NCBI GenBank assembly: GCA_964187785.1
Contig: OZ076409.1
Location: forward strand, 71,178,001 to 71,242,000
Direction of reading: 5' to 3'
Length of the DNA stretch: 64,000 nt
Source of the DNA: Amphiscolops sp. MND2022
Lineage: Eukaryota
How positions within the stretch are numbered: the first letter of the stretch is position 1; each line of letters begins with the position of its first letter. Below the pieces are notes generated by a model. The model was not told the origin of the DNA, did no database searches, and saw nothing but the letters and a program-made list of their open reading frames with translations. A program made the position numbers and the translations under genes. Below, in pieces: positions 10,972-22,686 of the stretch.

Positions 10972-12962
10972 CGGGGGGGTAACCCCAACTTTTTTCTTGG
11001 AGGAATCGGGTAGGGTCCTGATTCCGAGTTCAGTGCCGCCAGCTATCGTTAAAAACCTATACCTTTTAAACCCGATCTCGAGAACTAACCACGCCCCTTC
11101 TTTAATTTTTTGGCCCCCACTCACTTTTTGATAGTAGATCGCCCCCCACTGGGTTCCAAGTTGGGCAAAAATGGAGGTCATGGGTAACGGGGACCGTTAA
11201 GGGGTAACTCAGGGGGTAAAATTTATTTTTTGCGTCATATCTTTTCCCCCCGTGGATTTAGCGCTTCCGGTCAGCAGACAAAACCTCATGTACGTGATAC
11301 GGGGCCTCCATAGGTCCAAACAAAATTTTTCTATCATGCACCGTTACGGACTTGGCCCCCCGGCCCAACCGTTATTTTACCGGAAATTGCACTTTTTGAC
11401 CGGGAAGGAGTCGTCTGAGCACGGAGTCGTTTGGTAATGTTTTGTAGTGTATCTGGAGACGTGTTGGGGGACATGTAGTTTGCCGGCCCCAGTTTACCCC
11501 CCGGACGGGAAATGACCGTTATGTGAGTTTTAAAATTACCCCCCTTCAATTTTCCCCGTTATTTCCGGTGTGAAGGAGTGGGAGTAGCGCGTCGGGTGCC
11601 ATATATCAAAAGTAGGTTTAGACGAGGACCAACCGGAAACATGTGGTTTGGGACCCCCTGACCCAACCCGTTAGCCGTTATAAGGGTGATCGCCTCCTTT
11701 TTTTACACTCAAAACCGGAAAACGGGTATTGAGGGGTAAATATCTCGTGAACGCGTGGAGCAATCGTGTCCATCACTACTACAAGGTTTCATACCCATGA
11801 TATGGTGCCTTCAGGGGGGCAAACAGATTACCGCTATCTATCACCGTTACGGACTTGGCCCCCCAGCCCAACCGCTATGTGACCGGAAATGTCACTTTTT
11901 GAGCCCAAAGGGTCGGTCCCAGCCTGGGAACGTTAGGTAACTTATTGTAGTACTCATTGAGACGAGTTGGGGGACATAGTTTCAGTCACCCCCCGTTACC
12001 CCTTAGGACCGGAAATGACCGTTATGTGGGTAAATTGCCATTTTTGTACAATTTGGAGGGCATTTAGATGCGGAAGGAGTGGTAATAGGTGCTTGGACAC
12101 TATATGATGTAGAAGAGGACGTGATGCGAGCATTCGAAACTAACCGTTATGTTGACCCCTAAGTCCCCCTGGTACCGTAAATGACCGGAAATGGTCTAAT
12201 TTTGTGTTTATTGGGTACAAATGTTTGGTATTTTATGGATTAAAGTACATGGAAGGTGTTTCAAAGGCCTCCAGAAGTGAACATCGTCATGAAACCTTGT
12301 GGGGGGTAACGGTATATAACACCGGAAGTCCAAACTGTTGGCCACAGAATAGGTTTTTTGGTTTCAAAATGTCTTTAGGCGTAGTTTTATGGGTTGAATC
12401 GTCATAATATCAACTATTACGGACTTTTTTCGGAAATAAAATTTTTTCACATTAGTTTCAGAGACCTCCAATGCTTCAGTCAACATAACCGTTACATTTT
12501 GATAGCCTTTCAAGTTGGCCTGGTGTCAACTTGGAAGGGCTATCCTTCTAAAATCGTTAATCAAGAGTGTTTTTGGGTAGGTATATGTTGCATTAGTACC
12601 AATTAGAGCTTCATCAACAGTTTGCCAACGGCAAAAACGATGTCGTGATAATTCCGTTATAAGAATATTAATTAACAAATTGTTTACAAAGTTGATTTTT
12701 TCCATTCGAAATGTGTCCTAATGCCACCAAATTGAATAAAATAATAAATGGTATTGACTAAAACTAAATAACATTGAAAAAGAAGATCAACATTTTTAAT
12801 AGGTCTCATTATGGAAGCTGAAACCTCACGTTTTAACTTAATTAACGTCAACGCCACATATTTTTCATCAACGTCCACCGTCTGTGGGCATGCCGAGGCA
12901 TGCCCTTCGACGACGTATACCAAACAAACTCCATATCTACTCCCGATTGCGGTAGCAGCTAG
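10969..12962 (+). repeat. Family A' cassette (1994 bp)
   Basis: Starts GTGCGGGGGGGTAACCCC; body near-identical to 56031-58025. Confidence 0.9.
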
Positions 12963-14955
12963 GTGGGCGGTAGGTTTCCCGTAGTCAAAAAAAAATTGCA
13001 GGCCGGGGTAGGGGCCCTGGCCGAGGCAAAATACCATAGAAAAGGTACCAAATTATGTGAGTTTAGAAAATTGAGCCATACAAATTCTCTGAAAATTGCT
13101 GTGTGTACCCTATCGCCCAATCTAAGAACTTTGTCCTGCTGACGTTTTGCTCTCCAAATGTTACTAATATGACTTTTTGAAAAATTTATCTCTGGTTTTT
13201 CATCAAAAATAGTGATTTTGGCAATTTTTGTGAAATATCTCTGATTGCATTAATTTTTGGACGTTGACTGTGAAACAAGCTCGGAACCATCATTTCGTGA
13301 CCATGGCAATGCACTAAACACAAAAGATGTAGAGTTTTTAAATTTTTTGAAAATTTGACATTTTTAAATTTTTTTCACTACTATCAGTACCATATATGTC
13401 AAAATAACCTCAGAAAAATTTTTTTATTTTATTTAATTTAGAATCCTTGCTATCCATGGTTTCTGTTAGTATCTACTCGCTCCCAGAGACTCAACAGTTA
13501 GCATCGAATCTGAAATTAAAAATTTTTTCGAGGTCATAGGTGTTTCACAAGGATTTCACAACATAGTCTCGTTTTACAAATAGGTCATTTACAACATCAT
13601 ATTTTCATCGAGGCATGTCGGATATAGTCTTATTGCTCACGAACGGTCCTACTGGCAACGTAATAACCATTTATTGAAATATAAAGTTTTAAAAAAATCT
13701 TTTCACATGTTCTTCAAACATTTTTCAGACATTCGGAACTTAACTTAGAAAAATTTCGTCTCAAAAACCCATTTTTCGTCAGGTCGAAATTTGAAATTCA
13801 GCTTTTGAAGCACAAATATGCACTCTGACGTAACCAGTAGGGCCAATGATACTCAACAACACCATTGAGACTGGTATCAGTCGCTCCAAAAACATATGAG
13901 CCGTGATAAGACGTTTTTTCAACAATACTGTTCAATTGATGTAAACATCGCGGAAGCCTTGGATTACAGTGAAAGTTGATTTGAACAAAAATTTACTCTT
14001 TTTTGTCAATCACTATGTAGACAGAATGCGTAGGGTAAGTTTCAGCACTAATATGAAGATTTTGAAGGAATCGGGTTGCTCAAGGCGTGGTATGAGACAC
14101 TTTTTTCTCATATACTAGTGTTTTTCAAAACCTTTTCGTTAAATATCTCGAAAAGCAAACATTAAAAAATACTTTCTGATATCTAATTTAATTCCTAGAA
14201 TATAAATGAATCATGTGGTTGATCAGAAACTCTCTACTTTAATGTTTCAAGAAAAAAATCCCTTCCCATGTTTTATATCTGTAGCAGTAAAAAAAGTAGA
14301 CGCTAAAAAATACGCTATTTTGCTAAGATTGAATTGCAATTGTTTAGCTTTAAAACTCTTTTAATACTTCTAACGCCACCTTAAGGACTCAAGATGATTG
14401 AAAATGTCAATCACAATGCTGACATGTAGCCTTTCTACGATCCTGGCTGGACAGATTTTGGTTATTTTTCAAGTACCTGTTAACTGAATCTCGTGATAGC
14501 CTTCTAAGTTGACCTTCTGCGTCAACTTGAGAAGGCTATCACTAAAATAAACTAAATTCTGATTTGTTTGTTTGTTCCTAACGTCTTTTGGTACGATCGT
14601 CTTACGGTTAGTTGGTTAAACCAGGTCGCTTATACTTCCACAATTTTCGACCACCGTCCGTGTATTCGGTTCACACGACTTTACATTTTCAGTCGTTTGT
14701 TTTCGATAACTATCACAATGTACTGCCATTAGCGCCAAATTCATACTAGTACTTGGTTGGTTGAAATACTTAAACAACTGTTTCCATAGTTATTCGCGGT
14801 GATGGTACAATCCGCGCGCCTACATACCTACGGCGTCTTGTCACTACAACGCCACATAGGGAAACAACGCCCATAGTCCGTAGGCATGCCGAGGCATGCC
14901 TTTCGACGACGCGCGCCAAATCTATGCGCGCCCGCACTTGTGCGGTAGCTGCTAG
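12963..14955 (+). repeat. Family B cassette (1993 bp, singleton, AT-rich body)
   Basis: Starts GTGGGCGG. Unique body, but it has the 5' hairpin (13001-13022), the gatagcc hairpin (14493-14542) and a core hairpin variant (14882-14901). Confidence 0.85.
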
Positions 14956-16343
14956 GTGGTTGGGGCGGTCCCCAGAACGCACAAGGAGGCGCGGGGAGGG
15001 TCCTGCGCCGACGTAGAATAATTTCATATAATACTAGTATCCTACATGGGTGTTTTAGAGGCGATTTTGGAATCTAACCGTAGGATTTGGATAATTTTTT
15101 GCATGCGGCCATAACTCAAAATTCTAAGAACTTTTTCCTACTGTCATTTTCCCCGCAAATTGTTTTTTGTTGACTTATGGCCGAAAAACCGGAAATAACG
15201 TCCTTTTTAGACGTTATATCCGAAGTGTCGTCATAACTTTTTTCCAGGGCATGCTAGCGTTCTCGTTCACTTTTACACTTAGTTGCAGCATCTCAAAATA
15301 CAACTGGTGGAAAATTTTGGTTGCATTCGGATCACCCCCCACCGAGATAGAAGGGTTCCCCCCTCCAGTTTTACCCCCCAAATTTGCGAAAAAGCCAATT
15401 TTGAGCATGAAGACGAGGATTTAGCGTACCCGCACTCTTCTGATGTTTTGTTGTACGTATTGAGGTCAATCTGACCACAAGTGTGGTTTTCACCCCCAAC
15501 CCCCCCTGGGACCGGAAATGACACTTTTTTGTGTTTTTTGGCAGAATTTAGCCTTTTTCATTATTAGGCAGTCGTTTTAGGGACTCCTAGCAGGATATCG
15601 AAATTGAAATACAACCTGATCACAACCCAGTGACAACATGTTGGCCACTTGGAGGTATCATCATGACCGGAAGTGGGGTCAACCCCCCTTTTTGTGACCG
15701 CTTTTTGACCTTGTGCACCAAAATGCCAACATCTTGAGGCCTAATGAGGCATTCAAATCTGTACAAAGATAAAATGTTAGACAACCGAAGTCCCGGAAGA
15801 TCTTTAGCATATACCGGAAGTTACCCCCCATGACCGGAAGTTACCCAATGTGACCGGAAATGGTCCAAAAATTAATGTAAAGTTGAATTTTTCACTATTC
15901 CAAGACCACTTAATTGAAACTTTTCAATCTCAAAACTAGCGTACTGGCTTGTTTTGCTGAATTTATGGAAATTGATGAGCTCTATTACCCCCGATAGCCT
16001 TCGAAGTTGACCTTGCGTCAACTTTGGAGGCTATCGATACTGAAAATGAACAAGAAAGTACATTGTTGCCCTCGGTTTTTTCCCGTTGTTTTTCCTCAAA
16101 CTTTCTTGAGACATATACATGGCCGTTAGTTGAAATCAATATTTAGCCCATGTTATAGCTGGAGCAGCGAAGCGTTACACAGACTAGTGTGGTTTTGAAA
16201 TTACATTATTTAAATTAACAACTGACCGTCTTAGTCAACTCCACACATTCATACCAACGCCCACCGTCTGTGGGCATGCCGAGGCATGCCCTTCGACGAC
16301 GTATGACGAATCCACTCCAACGACACCCGCAGTCCTCAGCTAG
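14956..16343 (+). repeat. Family C cassette (1388 bp)
   Basis: Starts GTGGTTGGGGCGG; near-identical to 59429-60817, including the tail. Confidence 0.9.
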
Positions 16344-18534
16344 GTGGAGGTTATTTTATAATAATTAAAGTGTTTTTTTCCGGAGTTTGTGGCTTTGGAA
16401 AAAACAAAAGGCGAGAAATTGGGCACTCCGGGCTGAACCGTATACACTCAAAATTCGCCCAATATTTATACGATCTCGAAACCCAGCCGTACGATTTGGC
16501 TGAAAATTTGCATGCGGCTAAAGAATCAGATTCTAAGAATTATTTCCTGCTGACAATTTTTTGAAATTTTTGTGTACGTTTCCCCCCCGCCCCCTAAAGG
16601 GGTCAATTTTCCCCAATTTTGCACTTATGAGTCAAATTCTCAAAACTGGTGGATCTGAGCGCATTCCCGACGGGGACAACTTTTAACAATCGCTCTTCAG
16701 TAGACCATTTTGAATTTTTACTTTGGTGGTACGTTCACCCCCCAAGGAGGAAATGGCGTTTTTGTGACTTCCGGTCGAGACTTTTTTCACCCAAAAAATA
16801 GAAATAAGCCAGTTTTGAGCAGGAAGGAGTGGATTTAAAGTGTCTGTACCCTGCTAAAAATTTGTTGGGCTTGTAGCGATATATCTCATACCAAGTCTGG
16901 TTTTCACCCCCAAACCCCCCTCGAGACCAAAATTCACCCAAACGTTTTACCTCTATTTGTGGTTTTTTCACAAAATGTCGTCATTTCCATCGGCAAAGAT
17001 TTGAATTAGGGGCTCCTAATAGGGTACCAAAGTTCAAGTACACTTGGAGTGCAACTAAGTGACCCTTTTTGGGCCTCTCGTGTGTTCGGCAATGACCGGA
17101 AGTGGTATTAACCCCCCTTTTTTGACGTTTGTTGACCTTGAGACTCGTGCTTAGATGACGTTTATGTCGCGCAAATCCTACAAACCAGTATTAGGATGAC
17201 ATGCTAGCCAACTAGAGAGCAATAAGGGAAACTATACTATACCGGAAGTAACCCCCTCTTGACCGGAAGTTGTCATTTTTGACCGGAAATGGTCCAAAAC
17301 CTAGCGTGAAAGCAGTTTTTCATTGCTTTTAAAGTCAACTTATTACTTTTTTCACTCTGCGCGAGCTTGCCTTCAGGTTCGTTAGTGTTGCCCGTGCACA
17401 CTGCAACAAATATACATCTGTAACATTTTCGCTATAATATCGTCGGAGAGAGAAATAACGGGTTTTTGGGATTTTTTTCAAAAATATTAGTCTTTATCTG
17501 TCATTTTTACCCAACGTCGTTATTGAACAGTAGAACCATAGGGGTTAGTCTTTGCCCAAATATATGCCTAACACAAGCACTTGTCCCATTGGTTGCAGTT
17601 TGAGCGTTCTAGCTTTGCCTGGTCACAAGTTAGGGGACTTGAAAAACTTTCAAAATCATTTCCGAAATTTTTTTCTATACGTCACGTCTCCCAAAGTTAA
17701 GAAACTTCCTCACAACTAGGACTGCAAGTGAAAGCATGTGGTAAGACCTATAAATGGAGAGAAAAACTCCGTTTAGAACGTCTCTTTATCGTAACGTGAC
17801 GTTAAGAGATGTTGCTTTGAATGTGAGTTTGATAATGCGTCGAGAAGTAAAAGTGTGAAAATGGAACCTTTGTCTCGATAAATACTCATCGCAATACTTG
17901 CGATGAACCCCAATTACCCTCAGTTTCAGTTGCTTAGTACATCAACGTCCTCCAAGGACCTTTATCTATTTTGAAAAGTGTCGAAATCATTATTAAAATC
18001 AGTTATCAAGAAACACTTGAGTACATTCTCATCTCTCCCCATCGGGTGAGATGAGAATGTTCTTGCTAAAAGCCAGGTACTACGGCCCCCTTTTGTTTTG
18101 ATGCGATGCATTCTCTGCTTTAGCACATAGATATTTTATTTCGCCTCATTGTTTGTATACTCTCTGACTTGTTGTTATAAATCTCTCGTCATTACTTTAC
18201 ATAAATATACAACCGAAAATCATCATCGTCACGCCACATACATTTAGACGCCCACCATTCCGTAGGTATGTCGAGGCATACCTTTCGATTACGAATGTCA
18301 AAACGCAAACGCGATAAAAAGTGATGAATGTCTGAAACAGTGACAAACACTTTTGACTATTTGACATATGGTAGGTTTTAATATGGGAGTTACACATCAC
18401 TGACATTTCACATCATTCCAGCTGACGCCCACATACCAACAACAACGCCCACCGTCCGTGGGCATGCCGAGGCATGCCCTTCGACGACGTATGCCAATTT
18501 CTGTAAATCTACACCCAATTGCGGTAGCGGCTAG
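16344..18534 (+). repeat. Family D cassette (2191 bp, composite, duplicated core hairpin)
   Basis: Starts GTGGAGGTTAT; similar to 20510-22686 at both ends. Confidence 0.85.
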
Positions 18535-20509
18535 GTGCGGGGGGGTAACCCCTACAAAGATATTGGAGGATTCGGGTAGGGTCCTGAATCCGAGTTCAGT
18601 GCTGCCAGCTATCGTTAAGGGATTTTAGAAAATTTTGCCGATCTCGTGATCTAACCGTAGGATTTTAAAGTTGGAGCGGCCCCCACCAGATTTTCCAAAG
18701 TTATTCGCCCCCCACCGGGTTCCAGCGTGATTGAAATATTTTGACGGGGTACACGGGCGACCGTTAGGGGTCATTTTGGGGGTAAAATTTATATCCGGTC
18801 GCATAACTTTTTTCCTGTTGGTTTAAAACTTTGGGACCCTGCTAAAAGTTTCTTGACCGTGTTGCAGTGGCTCCGGATGTCCAAACCAAATTTTTCTATC
18901 TTGAAGCTATCTCCAAGTACCCCCCCGCCCAAACCGTTATTTTTCCGGAAACGCAGGTTTTTGACCCGGAAGGAGTCGTCTGAGCGCGGGGTCGTTAGGT
19001 GATGTATTGGGGACGGCCTTGAGACGAAGCGGGGGACATGTAGTTTGCCGACCCCAGTTTACCCCCCGGACGGGAAATGACCGTTATTTGAGCGGGAAAA
19101 ATGCCCCCCTCCACGTTTTACCGCTATTTCCGGTGTGAAGGAGTGGGAGTAGCGCGTCGGGTGCCATATATCAAAAGTAGGTTTAGACAAGGACCTGTCA
19201 GAAACATGTGGTTTGGGACCCCCTGGTCCAACCCGTTAGCAGGAAATGGGGCTTCCGCCTCCTTTTTTTACTGCTAAAACCGTAAAATGTGCATTGAGGG
19301 GTAAATATCTCGTGAACGCGTGGAGCAATCGTGTCCATCACTACTACAAGGTTTCATACCCATGATATGGTGCCTTCAGGGGGGCAAACAGATTTCCGCT
19401 ATCTATCACCGTTACCGACTTGGCCCCCCAGCCTAACCGCTATGTGACCGGAAATGTCACTTTTTGAGCCCAAAGGGTCGGTCCCACCCAGGGAACGTTA
19501 GGTAACTTATTGTAGTACTCAATGAGACGAGTTGGGGGACATAGTTTCAGTCACCCTCCGTTACCCCTTGGGACCGGAAATGACCGTTATGTGGGTAAAT
19601 TTGCAAGTTTTATACTTTTTCAAGTGTATTTAGGTGCGGAAGGAGTGGTAATAGGTGCTTGGACACTATATGAAGGAAGGGAGGACGTGAGGCGAGCTTT
19701 CGAAAATAACCGTTATGTTGACCCCAAAGTCCCCCTGGTACCGGAAGTGACCCGTAATGGTCAAATGTCGTGTTTTTAGGGTACAAATGTTTGGTGTTTT
19801 ATGGATAACAGTGCCTATTAGGTGTTTCGACGGTCTGCAGTCGTGAACATAGTCATGAAACCTTGTGGGGGGTAACGGTATATAGCACCGGAAGTCCAAA
19901 CCGTTGGAGACTGGATAAGTTTTTTGGTTTTAAAATGTCTTTCGGCCTACTTTTGTCGACTATTGTGGACTATTTTTCGAAAATAAAGTTTTTCCATATA
20001 GTTTCAGAGACTCCGAAACCTCAACCAACATAACCGTTACTTTATGATAGCCTTTCAAGTTGGCCTGGTGTCAACTTGGAAGGGCTATCCTTCAAAAATC
20101 ATTAATCCAGTGTGTTTTTGAGTATGCTTGTTTTACTTTAGAATCAATTAGAGCTTCGAGAAAAGATTGCCAACGACAAAAACTATGTCGTGATGATTCC
20201 GTTATTAGAATAATAGTTACCAAAATGTTGATAAAGTTGATTTTTTACATTTCAAATATGTCCTAAATGCCAGAAAACCTCTTTACCAAACAAATGGTAT
20301 TGACTGAATTGTATATAGCAGCTAATAAAAGTTCAAATTGAATATTACGTTTCATTATGCAAGCTGAAATGTCATATTATAGTTTAATTACCGTCAACGC
20401 CACATACTTTACATCAACGCCCACCGTCCGTAGGCATGCCGAGGCATGCCTTTCGACGACGTATACCAAATTCCACCCACACAACACCCCCGAGCGCGGT
20501 AGCAGCTAG
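18535..20509 (+). repeat. Family A cassette (1975 bp)
   Basis: GTGCGGGGGGG start, A body, CTAG end. Confidence 0.9.
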
Positions 20510-22686
20510 GTGGAGGTTATTATATATCAATTAAAGTGTTTTTTTCCGGAGTTTGTGGCTTTGGAAAAAACAAAAGGCGAGAAATTGGGCACTCCAGGCT
20601 GAACCTAAAAACACCCTAAAATTGGCCCGATTTTTTTACGATCTCGAAACCCAGCCGTACGATTTGGCTGAAATTTTGCATGTGGCTCCTAATCAATGAG
20701 TAATGAAAAAGTGTAGGAGTGACTTTTCCTGAAAAAATTGTTTTTGTTGCACTTTTTGCGCAATTTTTGACCGATTGTTGCGTTTTTTATGTCACTTTTG
20801 ACTTTTCAGGCAAAAAACTCATGGATGCTTTGATCCTAGCGCATCAAGTGTTTCGACCAAAAAGTTGCAGCATGTTCTTTTACGTATGTTGAGAAAATTT
20901 GGTTGCCATCGTATTACCCCCCACTGAGATAGAGGGGAACTTCCGGTGGAATTTATGACCCTAAAAACGAGGACCTCCTAAATTTCAGCATGAAGCGGTA
21001 GTTTTAGCGTGCTCATACCCTGCTGAAACTTTGTTGGCCATAATGAGATAGTCATGATATCATGTGTTCAGTTCAACCCCCATCACCCCCTGGACCGGAA
21101 ATGAACTTTTTTGTGCACTATCATACCGGAAGTCTCCAATTTCACCGTTAAGCAGTCCTTGTACGAGCAACTACCAGGACATCAAAATTGAAAAACCACC
21201 TGAGGTCAACATAGTGACTACGTGTTGTCCAGTCATAGGTTCCGCTATGACCGGAAATGGGGTCAAAAGCCCCTATTTTGGTTGTTTTTTACAATTTTAC
21301 TAGTGTTTGGTCCACATTCAAGTCGCGTAAGTGAATTGAATCAGTGTGAGCAAAAACTGTATGTTCACTGCGTAGACGTAACTGACACTGGCAGATACCG
21401 GAAGTAACCCCCCGTGACCGGAAGTTGTCAGTTTCGACCGGAAATGGTCCAAAATGTAGCGTAAAACTAGTTTTTTACTGCTTTTTAAAGTCAACTTATT
21501 ACTTTTTCAATCTCCGCGAGCTTGTAATCAGGTTCGTTTTTGTTACCCGTGCACTTTGCAACAAATATACATCTGTAAAAGTTTCTCTATAATATCGTCG
21601 GATAGAGAAATAACGTGTTTTTGGGACTTTTTTTCAAAAATATTAGACTATATCTGTCATTTTTACTCAAAGTTTTTCAACTGTACAACCACAGTATTTA
21701 GTCTCTGCCCAAATTTTTGCCTAACAAAACTATTTGGCCCATTGGCTTTAGTTTGAGCGTTCCAGCTTTGCGTGATCATAAGCTAAAGGACTTGAAAAAT
21801 TTTCAAACTTTTTTCAAAAAAAACTTCTCACATTCATATCTCCCAAAGTGAAGAAACTTCCACACAATTAGGATTGCAAGTGGATGCACGTGGCAAGCCC
21901 TATAATTGAAGAGAAAAATGCCGCATAGAACGTCTCTTTATCGTAACTTGACGTTAACGTATGGTGCTTTGAATGAGAGCTTGATAAGAGGTCGAGAAGT
22001 CAAAGTGTGTAAATGGAACGTATTTCTCGTCGAAAACTCACCGGAATTCATGCAATGAACCCCAATTGTTCTAAATTGCAGTTGCCTACTGCAACAACGT
22101 CTTTCTGGTACATTTACCCATTTTCATAAGTGTCAAAATTATTTTTGAATTCAGTTAGCAAGAAACACTTGAGTACATTTTCATCTCTCCCAAGCGGGTG
22201 AGATGAGAATGTTCTTGCTAAAAGCCAGGTACTACGTCCCACTTTTGTTTTAATGCGACACATCCTCTGCTTTAGCACATAGATAGTTTATTTTGCCTGA
22301 TTTTTTGGATACTCTCTGACTTGTTATTATAAACTTCTCGTCATTACTTTACATGAATTTACAACCATAAAGCGTTATCGTCAACTGCACATACATTTAG
22401 ACGCCCACCATTCCGTAGGTATGTCGAGGCATACCTTTCGATTTCGTATGTCAAAACGCAAACGCGATAAAAAGTGCTGAAATTCTGAAACAGTGATAAA
22501 CAATTCTGACAATTTGACATATGGTAGGTTTTTATATGGAACTTAGACATCACTGACATTTCACAACATTCCAGCTGACGCCCACATACCAACATCAACG
22601 CCCACCGTCCGTGGGCATGCCGAGGCATGCCCTTCGACGACTTATGCCAGTTATTTATATCTACACCCAATTGCGGTAGCCGCTAG
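20510..22686 (+). repeat. Family D cassette (2177 bp)
   Basis: GTGGAGGTTAT start, E-like middle, duplicated core hairpin at 22417-22436. Confidence 0.85.
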
